A stretch of DNA of 64,000 nt from Minisyncoccota bacterium (GTDB taxonomy: Bacteria; Patescibacteriota; Minisyncoccia; UBA6257; XYB1-36-10): contig JBAZJH010000002.1 in NCBI GenBank assembly GCA_041651415.1, positions 20,474 through 84,473 of the forward strand, read 5' to 3'. The notes beneath the pieces were generated by a model, which saw nothing but the letters and a program-made list of their open reading frames with translations, was not told the origin of the DNA and searched no databases. The position numbers were made by a program, and so were the translations under genes. Within the stretch, counting starts at the first letter, position 1. Every line of letters starts with the position of its first letter. This document shows positions 56,530 to 64,000 of the stretch, in pieces.

Positions 56530-57468
56530 TTAACCGCAACCGCACATAGTGGTTGCCGGGTCCCAAAGAGCATTAGGAAAACTCCGGCAGACACTATTCA
56601 AGCAACCCAATTGAATTGTGCAAGCCGCGCCGCCAATGCCGCAATCATAAACAAAATTACAACCGTGAACATTGCAGAATTGCCCGCAATTACAGCAATA
56701 ATTAGGGGAAGAAAAACCAACAACAGGATTGCCGGGAGCCAAGTCCTTATAGCAAAAAGGAGGAACGCCGATCCAAGCCGCTTCGGCGGTCTTAAAAAAA
56801 TTTCCGAATAAGTCCAAGAAGCTTAATTTCTTTTTTAATAATTCTTCGCGCTGTTCCGCTTTCAATTCCGGAATTTTATTAAGTTTTTCTTTCAAACTTA
56901 AAAATTCATCGTCGGAAAGACCGGCAACAGATTTATAAAAAGAAGCGAATTTTTCCAGAAAACTATAAATTTTTTCTTCGGAATCAAAAGAAGTTTTTTG
57001 CGAAGAAGAGATAAAATTTTGTTCAACCATCAAATCTTGAATTCTTGAGAGATGGCTTAAGTAATAATCCGGCCAAAGATTGGAAAAAATTTCTTCTTCC
57101 GACAAGGCCGGCTTTATCTCCGGCTGGTTTTGAACGGAAGGAAGAGAAGAGGCGCTACTTTCGGAAAAGACGGAAGTAAAAGGGGAAGAAACGGGATTAA
57201 GGAGGTCGGAAACAGATGAATTATCTTCAGTTTTGGGACTGGCAAGTTTTTCGACAAAAAGTTTCAAGTCGGTTAATGATTTTTCGGAAGAGTTTTGATT
57301 GTCAGAAAAAAGAGAAGGAAAAGTTTGCGGGGAAACTTCAGGAAAAGAAGCCGGTTCAGAAACGATATTATTAGCCGGAGCTTCGGAGGGGTTTGCTTTA
57401 AAAAAAAGAAAACCGAGAGTGGCTAAAAATCCGAGAAAAATGACTATTAAAGAAGAGCGGATGCTCAT
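56530..57468 (-). CDS. Membrane-anchored protein with a 12-Cys C-terminal domain
   Basis: N-terminal TM; Ser/Pro linker; C-terminus CCNCG...CLNSVC...WD...CGCG. Confidence 0.8.
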   Translation of the reverse strand: MSIRSSLIVIFLGFLATLGFLFFKANPSEAPANNIVSEPASFPEVSPQTFPSLFSDNQNSSEKSLTDLKLFVEKLASPKTEDNSSVSDLLNPVSSPFTSVFSESSASSLPSVQNQPEIKPALSEEEIFSNLWPDYYLSHLSRIQDLMVEQNFISSSQKTSFDSEEKIYSFLEKFASFYKSVAGLSDDEFLSLKEKLNKIPELKAEQREELLKKKLSFLDLFGNFFKTAEAAWIGVPPFCYKDLAPGNPVVGFSSPNYCCNCGQFCNVHGCNFVYDCGIGGAACTIQLGCLNSVCRSFPNALWDPATTMCGCG

Positions 57469-57613
57469 AGGTTTATTATAAATCCCAAATGACAAATAAC
57501 AAATTACAAAAAAGTTTGTTAGTTAAATGTGATTCTTCGACTCGTCGGATTCGCTCAGTAAATTTAATTACTGGATTCCCGCCTACGCTGGAATGACACG
57601 TTAAATAAATTAA

Positions 57614-59410
57614 TTAGATGGAAATGTAGCGTTCTTCGTCGTCGAGTTCAGCGCAGTTTTCAAAACTCATAAATTCGGAAGGGATTTCGGAAAGAAAACG
57701 GGAAGGAAGGCCGAAAAAACTTAAATGAAGATTTTTGCGGGCGCGGGTTATCGCGACATAAAGAAGACGGCGTTCTTCTTCAATGTCTTCCGGCTTATAA
57801 AAAGACATCTGGTGCGGAATAAGGCCGTCCGAAACTCCGACCACAAAAACATTATCAAATTCCAAACCCTTGGAAAGATGGACAGTCATAATATTCACAA
57901 AGCGGGAAGAAACAACCCGGCTTTTTGATTTCGGGGCGGCATCGGAGCTCTGAAACAAAGAAACGGATTCAAGAAATTCAGAAAGGGAAGAAAAACCGGA
58001 AGCGAAAGAGGTGAGCTCGGCAATGTTTTCGGCGCGTTCGGAAAAATTAGGAAAGTTTTTTTGAAGCAAATTCAAATAGCCGGTTGATTCCAAAATAAAT
58101 TTAATAAGTTCGGAAGGAGACAGGGTTTTAGCTTTCAAGGGAAGAGCTTCTTTAAGCCCGCGAGAAGGCTTTTTTTGAAAACCTTTTTCCATCCGGTCAA
58201 AGCTTAATAAATCGCTAGGGTTACTGGCAAAAGAAAGAGCGGCGACAAGGTCTTTAATTTCTTTGCGGTCATAGAATTTCAAGCCGCCGAAGATTTGATA
58301 AGGAATGCCGTTTTCAATAAAGGCCTGTTCAATGGAACGGGATTGAGCGTTAGTGCGATATAAAACGGCGACCGAGCCGGAATTCAAAAGAGGCGGGATA
58401 GCGGAGGCGAGCCAGCCGGCTTCAGTTTCTTCATCATCATGTTCAAAGAGCTTGAGCTTCTCCCCTTCTTCATTATCCGTCCAAAGATTTTTCGGACGCT
58501 GATTTTTATTTTGAGAAATAAGAGCGGAAGCGGCGCCGATAATGTTTTTAGTGGAACGATAATTCTGGTCAAGAACAATAACATTAGTGTTTTTAAAATC
58601 CTTATCAAAATTAAGAAAGTTTCGAAAATCGGCGCCGCGAAAGCCGTAAATAGCCTGATTGTCGTCGCCAACAACATTGATGTTGCCTGATTTTCCTCCA
58701 AGAAGCTTAACAAAAAGATACTGGGCGCGGTTCACGTCCTGATATTCATCGACGAGAATGTGGGTGTATTTTTTTTGATATTTAAGAAGAGTTTCGGGAC
58801 GATAGCGAAAAATAAGAACGGGCTTTTCAATGAGGTCGTCAAAATCAAAACCGTTGTTTTCTTTCAAGTCGGATTCATATCTTTCATAAACTTCCGCCGC
58901 CAAGCGGTCTTTTTCATATTTAGATTCCTTAAAAGATTCGACATCAAGAAGGTCGCTTTTGATATCGCCGATTTTACCGGCAAAAAAAGAATAGCCAAAA
59001 CTCTTATCAACATTCATTTCTTTCAAAATGCGTCGAAGCAAGCGGGAGGAGTCGGAGGAATCAAAAATAGAGAAGTTCGGAAGGCGGCCGACAAGCCGAG
59101 CATCGCTTCTTAAAATCTTCGCACCGAGAGAATGAAAGGTGCCGACAAAAGACGGAAGATTGCGAAAAGAGCCGCCGGCCGCGGATTCAATGCGCGATTT
59201 CATTTCGGCAGCGGCTTTATTAGTGAAGGTGATAGCGAGAATATTTTCCGGTTTAACACCCATTTCAAGAAGAGAGAGAAAACGGCCGGTCAAAGTGGCG
59301 GTTTTGCCGCTACCGGCGCCGGCAACAATCAAAAGAGGCCCATTTTGAGGCATTTTTACCGCTTTTTGTTGACGCTCATTCAGGTTTTGGAGTATAATCT
59401 CTTTATTCAT
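57614..59410 (-). CDS. pcrA: UvrD/PcrA/Rep SF1 helicase
   Basis: AGAGSGKT, VDEYQD, QNYRST, TVHLSKGLEF and EERRLLYVAITRA motifs. Confidence 0.9.
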   Translation of the reverse strand: MNKEIILQNLNERQQKAVKMPQNGPLLIVAGAGSGKTATLTGRFLSLLEMGVKPENILAITFTNKAAAEMKSRIESAAGGSFRNLPSFVGTFHSLGAKILRSDARLVGRLPNFSIFDSSDSSRLLRRILKEMNVDKSFGYSFFAGKIGDIKSDLLDVESFKESKYEKDRLAAEVYERYESDLKENNGFDFDDLIEKPVLIFRYRPETLLKYQKKYTHILVDEYQDVNRAQYLFVKLLGGKSGNINVVGDDNQAIYGFRGADFRNFLNFDKDFKNTNVIVLDQNYRSTKNIIGAASALISQNKNQRPKNLWTDNEEGEKLKLFEHDDEETEAGWLASAIPPLLNSGSVAVLYRTNAQSRSIEQAFIENGIPYQIFGGLKFYDRKEIKDLVAALSFASNPSDLLSFDRMEKGFQKKPSRGLKEALPLKAKTLSPSELIKFILESTGYLNLLQKNFPNFSERAENIAELTSFASGFSSLSEFLESVSLFQSSDAAPKSKSRVVSSRFVNIMTVHLSKGLEFDNVFVVGVSDGLIPHQMSFYKPEDIEEERRLLYVAITRARKNLHLSFFGLPSRFLSEIPSEFMSFENCAELDDEERYISI

Positions 59411-60103
59411 ATTTGTCTTAAAGTTTTAGCGAGGGCGGTTAAGAAATTAGAAGATCCTCTTTTTTTAGGGGTTTTTTTAGCGGGTTCCCTGTTCTTTTCA
59501 AAAGCGGTTTTCGCTTTAGGAGAAAACGATAAAAATTATCTAAATTTAGGAGGTCCAGTTAATAATACAGAAACAGCCCTTTTAAGCCAAGAAGGGGCTT
59601 TGTTTTCAAAAGACTACAACGAAGAAGGAGTAACTGAAGAAACAGAAGAAAAAATAGTTTTAATAAACGAGGCGGAGGCCTTAGGGAGCGTGCCGATTGA
59701 CACGGAAAGTGATTTCAGAAAAATCGGTTCTTATAAACCAAATCTGGCGGGATATTTTAAAATGCCGACAAACGGATTCAATTCCGGAGCTTTACATAAT
59801 TACAACGCGGTAGATATCGCGAACGCTTGCGGAGCGGGAATCGTGGCGGCGGCGGACGGCGTGGTTATAGAAGAAAATTCCGGAAATTGGAACGGAGGAT
59901 ACGGCTCTTTTATAAAGATTGAGCATCCAAACGGAACAAAAACGCTTTATGCGCATAATTCGGAAAATTTGGCGGCAACCGGAGATATCGTGAAACAAGG
60001 AGAAGAAATAGCAAAAGTGGGGAAAACAGGAAACGTAAGCGGGCCGACCGGATGCCATTTGCATTTTGAAGTGCATGGAGCGGTTAATCCGTTTGTAAAA
60101 TAA
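59387..60103 (+). CDS. M23 family metallopeptidase (start uncertain)
   Basis: HNYNAVD, GGYG, YAH and GCHLHFEV motifs; N-terminal hydrophobic segment. Confidence 0.8.
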   Translation: MEYNLFIHICLKVLARAVKKLEDPLFLGVFLAGSLFFSKAVFALGENDKNYLNLGGPVNNTETALLSQEGALFSKDYNEEGVTEETEEKIVLINEAEALGSVPIDTESDFRKIGSYKPNLAGYFKMPTNGFNSGALHNYNAVDIANACGAGIVAAADGVVIEENSGNWNGGYGSFIKIEHPNGTKTLYAHNSENLAATGDIVKQGEEIAKVGKTGNVSGPTGCHLHFEVHGAVNPFVK

Positions 60104-60190
60104 TTATTTATAAAAAAATTTCTAATGACGAATTTCTAATTTCTAATCAATAAAGAGAATAACTAAAAGAAAAAGTATATAATTTAAGAA

Positions 60191-60370
60191 ATGATTAGTA
60201 AATTTAAAAAAATTTGGAATATATTTAACCCATCTTTAAAAGAAAAAATGGAAAAAAATCCAAATATATCAATATTGGGATTTTGTTGGGCGTGCATTTG
60301 GAGAGTTTATGTTTTATTAATACTAATTTCATTAGGATTAATAGTTGTAGAGTTTATTTTTGAGTTATAA
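60191..60370 (+). CDS. 59-aa membrane protein
   Basis: TATAAT 7 nt before the ATG; hydrophobic C-terminal half; terminator at 60390-60417. Confidence 0.55.
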   Translation: MISKFKKIWNIFNPSLKEKMEKNPNISILGFCWACIWRVYVLLILISLGLIVVEFIFEL

Positions 60371-60430
60371 CATAAATAGAAATAATTTTAAAAAGCCTTA
60401 AATTTGAGGCTTTTTTAAGTTGAGAAAAAA

Positions 60431-61960
60431 TTAATCTTTGAGGCGATATTGGAAGGCTTCTTTTAAGTGGGAGGCGAGAACATTTTCGGAATCTTCCAGG
60501 TCGGCAATGGTGCGGGCGACTTTCAAAATGCGATAGAAGCCGCGGCCGGAAATGAAAGATTTTTCCAGAGCGGATTTCAAAAAATTTTCTCCTTCTTTAT
60601 CCAAATTAACAACCGCGGAAGCAAGCTTGGAAGACATTTCGCTGTTAGTGAAAATTTTAACGCCAAGCTTTTTAAATCTTTCTTTTTGGCGAGCGCGAGC
60701 TTTAATAACCAAATTTCTTAATTCAGCGCTGCCTTTTTTAGGGACGGAATCGCTTTCCATCAATTCGCTTGTTTTGACGCGCGGAACAAAAATCTGAAGG
60801 TCGATGCGGTCAAGAAGCGGGCCAGAGATTTTTTTCTGATAACGGAAAATTTCGTTGGCAGTACAACGGCAATCTTTGTCGGGGTCGTTATAAAAACCGC
60901 AAGGACAAGGATTCATGGCGGCGATAAGCGAGAAGCGGGCGGGAAATTCCAGCGCGCCGCGAGCGCGAGAAACAAAAACCCGGCCATCTTCCAGAGGTTG
61001 GCGGAGAGATTCCAAAACGTCTTTTCGAAATTCAGGAATTTCATCTAAAAACAAAACGCCGCGGTGGGCGAGAGAAATTTCGCCCGGCTTCGGGATTTGG
61101 CCGCCGCCGATAATGGAAACTCCGGAAGCGGTATGGTGAGGCGAACGAAAAGGACGAATGTTAATAATCCCCTCTTTGGTTAAACCGGCAACGCTATAAA
61201 TTTTGGTGGCTTCAATGGATTCCTCAAGAGCCATAGGAGGCAAAATGGAAACCAGAGCTTTTGCCAGCATACTTTTGCCGGAGCCGGGCGGGCCGGACAT
61301 CAAGAGATTGTGGCCGCCGGAAGCGGAAATCACGAGAGCCCGCTTGCCATTTTCCTGTCCGCGGATATCGGCCAGGTCAATTTCATATTTTCCGGGAGGA
61401 GAAGAAAAATCGGCGAGAGCAGGAAGAGCAGATTTCCGGCCTTCCAAGATTTCAATAATTTCCAAAATGTTTTTTACGGGAATGACTTTAAGATTTTTAA
61501 TGACGGACGCTTCTTTAACATTTCCTTCCGGCAGAAAAAGATATTCGATTTTTTTACTTTCAGCCATTTCGGCGATATTCAAAGAACCGAAAACGGGACG
61601 CAAGCCGCCATCCAAAGAAAGTTCGCCGATAAAAATTTTATCAGCAGAATTAAATTCTTTTATCTGTTTGGAAGCCAGGAGATAACCGAGAGCGATGGCG
61701 AGGTCATATTGCGAGCCGGCTTTTTTAATGTCAGCAGGAGCCAAGTTAACCGTGATTTTGCGATTTTCCCGATTAGGCGGTTTTAGACCGGAGTTTTTTA
61801 AAGCGGAATTAACTCGCTCTTTGGCTTCAGAAAGAGCTTTATCGGCCAAGCCGACAATATTAAAAGCATGGAGACCGACATTAATATCAACTTCAACATC
61901 AATCAGTTTGGCATGAATGCCTTCAAGTTCGGCGGAAAAAATTTTTGCGACTTCGGCCAT
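60431..61960 (-). CDS. comM: ComM/YifB Mg-chelatase-like AAA+ ATPase
   Basis: VNLAPAD, GPPGSGKS, FRSPHH, AHRGVLFLDE, NPCPCG and LLDRID motifs. Confidence 0.93.
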   Translation of the reverse strand: MAEVAKIFSAELEGIHAKLIDVEVDINVGLHAFNIVGLADKALSEAKERVNSALKNSGLKPPNRENRKITVNLAPADIKKAGSQYDLAIALGYLLASKQIKEFNSADKIFIGELSLDGGLRPVFGSLNIAEMAESKKIEYLFLPEGNVKEASVIKNLKVIPVKNILEIIEILEGRKSALPALADFSSPPGKYEIDLADIRGQENGKRALVISASGGHNLLMSGPPGSGKSMLAKALVSILPPMALEESIEATKIYSVAGLTKEGIINIRPFRSPHHTASGVSIIGGGQIPKPGEISLAHRGVLFLDEIPEFRKDVLESLRQPLEDGRVFVSRARGALEFPARFSLIAAMNPCPCGFYNDPDKDCRCTANEIFRYQKKISGPLLDRIDLQIFVPRVKTSELMESDSVPKKGSAELRNLVIKARARQKERFKKLGVKIFTNSEMSSKLASAVVNLDKEGENFLKSALEKSFISGRGFYRILKVARTIADLEDSENVLASHLKEAFQYRLKD

Positions 61961-62151
61961 TGTTAAAATTTTATCTTAAAATTTTAAAAAGCCAAAATTA
62001 TAAAATGAAACTTCATGGTTTTACGAACAAAGCATCTTGAGTTTTATCCCGCCCCGAGAGAGTTTTTGCAAAAATTAAAAAAATATTTTAAATTCACAAA
62101 AAACAAGAATTAAAAAATCTGCCGCTGGCAGATTTTTTAACATTCGATTTT

Positions 62152-62370
62152 TTATTCCTCGCCAAGTTCTTTTTCTATTTCTTCAAGGCGAGATTTTAAA
62201 GTTTCTTCCAAAGCCAATTTCATATTAACAGCTTCCGTTTCATGCGACTCATCATCACCCCCGTCGATATCAGAACCAAAATCAGTGCTTTCTTTTTTTA
62301 GTTTGGCCAACTGTTCTTTTATGTCCTTAAGCTCTTCTTCGAGAACTTTTTTTCTTTCCTCGTTCAACAT
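62152..62370 (-). CDS. DksA/TraR-like coiled-coil protein lacking the Zn finger
   Basis: Helix-acidic tip (DDESHETE)-helix (LALEETLKSRLEEI); no Cys. Confidence 0.5.
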   Translation of the reverse strand: MLNEERKKVLEEELKDIKEQLAKLKKESTDFGSDIDGGDDESHETEAVNMKLALEETLKSRLEEIEKELGEE

Positions 62371-62377
62371 TTATTTG

Positions 62378-63493
62378 TTATGGGTTAATTAACGGGACGG
62401 CGGCTTTCAGTCCCGGATAGGAGGCAGATACTATAAAGTAGTTCCCCATCCACATATAGTCAATAGCCGCCTTTTTATTGGAAAAAGTGATGTATCTTGT
62501 CGGAACCGAATTAATTTGGCCATCAAGAAAGTCGGTAGAAACTCTTGTCCCTTGATTTTCCACAAAAATATTAGAAAAATCCGAGGAAGTTTCAAAAAGT
62601 TTCATAGCGCTTTCAGCGTCAAAAAGATTGGAATCGGCTTTTAGTTTAGCGATAAAGCCCGGCCAAACTTCAGAATCAGCATCATAATAAGCAAAAGCGG
62701 TAAAGTCGCTTTCAAAATAATTCTCTAAAGTTTCTTGGCTTAGACTGGGAAAAAGAGAGCTAAAAAATTCAGAGAATTTCATCTGATTGCCATCTTTCTG
62801 AACAACAAATTCCGAGACAGTGGAAGAAGCGGAAGCAATGCCAGCCGGTTTTAAAAGAGCAGAAATATCTGTTTTAAAAGTCAGAGAAGAAAAAGAAAGA
62901 GAGCCGATAGAAGGAGTATTTAAGTAAGAAGAATGAGTGATAACGGGAGCAATGGTTTCTTCCGAAACAGGAGTAGTTTCAGGCAAAGTAGTTACAGGCA
63001 TAGTATTTTCAACAACAGGAGCGGAAGCAGGAAAGAAAATCGGATAAAGATAAGCGTAGCCAACATAACCAAGCAATCCAACAGCCACAACCGCAACAAC
63101 TATAAGGATAATTTTTTTCCAATCAACACTTTTTCCGGAAGGAGCTTCGGCGATTTCTATTTGATTCTGCCCAGGAACAAAAGATTGTTCTCCGCCGAGT
63201 GAAGAAGAAGGAAAACCAGCGCCAAAAGGAGACGCTTGGTCACTAGATGCGCCGGGAGTCGGCGAGGCGGGTTGATTTGCTTCGCTTAAATTAAATTTTT
63301 TGGGCTCGGGAGAACCGCCGCCGCTTTGTTTTACCGATTGAATATCGGAAGGCATAGTGCGAACATCGACTGAAGAATCTTTCGGGGGCTCCGGAACAGG
63401 CCCGCCTAAAGGCGAGACAGGTCCGCCAAGAGGCGAGACGGGTCCGCCTAGCGGAGAAGAGCCGACCGGACTATTGAAATTTTGATTATCCAT
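62378..63493 (-). CDS. Bitopic membrane protein with a Pro-rich N-terminus
   Basis: SPLGGPV three times; VRTMPSDI; one TM; C-terminal globular domain. Confidence 0.8.
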   Translation of the reverse strand: MDNQNFNSPVGSSPLGGPVSPLGGPVSPLGGPVPEPPKDSSVDVRTMPSDIQSVKQSGGGSPEPKKFNLSEANQPASPTPGASSDQASPFGAGFPSSSLGGEQSFVPGQNQIEIAEAPSGKSVDWKKIILIVVAVVAVGLLGYVGYAYLYPIFFPASAPVVENTMPVTTLPETTPVSEETIAPVITHSSYLNTPSIGSLSFSSLTFKTDISALLKPAGIASASSTVSEFVVQKDGNQMKFSEFFSSLFPSLSQETLENYFESDFTAFAYYDADSEVWPGFIAKLKADSNLFDAESAMKLFETSSDFSNIFVENQGTRVSTDFLDGQINSVPTRYITFSNKKAAIDYMWMGNYFIVSASYPGLKAAVPLINP

Positions 63494-63581
63494 AAAAAGT
63501 TTTTAAAGCGCTTTTTTAATTTTAATCTAAACCAAAAGGAGGCTTTTCTTTTATTATAAACCTTTATGGAAATAAAGGGTG

Positions 63582-63932
63582 TGTGGAAAAGTTTCGCTCC
63601 ATGGCAAAAACCTTTTTCAAAAAAGGGCGAATCGCCAAAATTTTGAAAAAAGTTTTTGCCATCTCGCTTAGGGTGATGAGAGAGAGGCTTGCTAACGCAA
63701 GCTTTTTAAAAAGACAGGGAGTTTAATTATTATTTCTTCCTAAAAAATTCTTAATTTATTAAAGCTTCTACACTACATTTTAGAGAGCGGATATTGGTTA
63801 TTCGCTTTTAGTGATAATGGGGAAGCTCCGACTTTAGTCGGAGCTTTTTATAAACCATGCCCGCTTCAGCTCCGCGATGCTTTTAAAACAATGTTTTTGT
63901 AATGCTCGCTTATGAGTGGTGAGAATGGTTTA
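63582..63932. repeat. Array of modular hairpin elements, copy B
   Basis: Three units carrying YTCGCT..GTGRT motifs; 63733-63844 homologous to 11187-11298. Confidence 0.65.
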
Positions 63933-63953
63933 TTTATAGGGGTTTTAGTTATA

Positions 63954-63982
63954 TTGACATATATTATAGAGTATGCTATAAT
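63954..63982 (+). promoter_or_regulatory. Consensus sigma70 promoter pointing out of the window
   Basis: TTGACA-17-TATAAT with extended TG. Confidence 0.75.
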
Positions 63983-64000
63983 TACTTTAGTAACATTGAA

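Noticed and set aside
59132-59386. N-terminal part of the 323-aa M23 ORF
   Set aside because: Antisense to the conserved helicase motif I region of pcrA
63396-63460. 21-bp x3 repeat as a CRISPR array
   Set aside because: In-frame coding repeat (SPLGGPV) with synonymous variation and no spacers; no cas genes in the window

Overview
AT-rich, gene-dense bacterial DNA (standard code, most genes on the minus strand). Gene content points to Patescibacteria/CPR, probably Parcubacteria (inference): shortened IF2, ValRS and UvrC, tRNA-Arg(GCG), a B12-dependent class II RNR, and a PrgI/VirB4/VirB6/pilin T4SS-like locus. The core includes recG, valS, tsaD, infB, rbfA, uvrABC, tyrS, rsmA, pcrA/uvrD, comM, 7 tRNAs, a Phd-RelE toxin-antitoxin pair, an SBP-HK-RR module and an ECF sigma module. 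The best leads are absent from the ORF track: (1) a 23-aa two-cysteine peptide ORF with a perfect SD directly behind a radical SAM enzyme whose SPASM domain is degenerate, together forming a promoter-to-terminator candidate RiPP operon; (2) a structured leader upstream of tyrS with a Tyr-Tyr leader peptide and a terminator (candidate attenuator); (3) a modular long-hairpin non-coding repeat, a standalone sRNA candidate, and several REP-like palindrome families, one inserted in-frame in uvrB; (4) repeated promoter-SD-orphan ORF-terminator mini-cassettes among apparently leaderless core genes. All calls come from reading motifs by eye; no database searches or folding programs were run.
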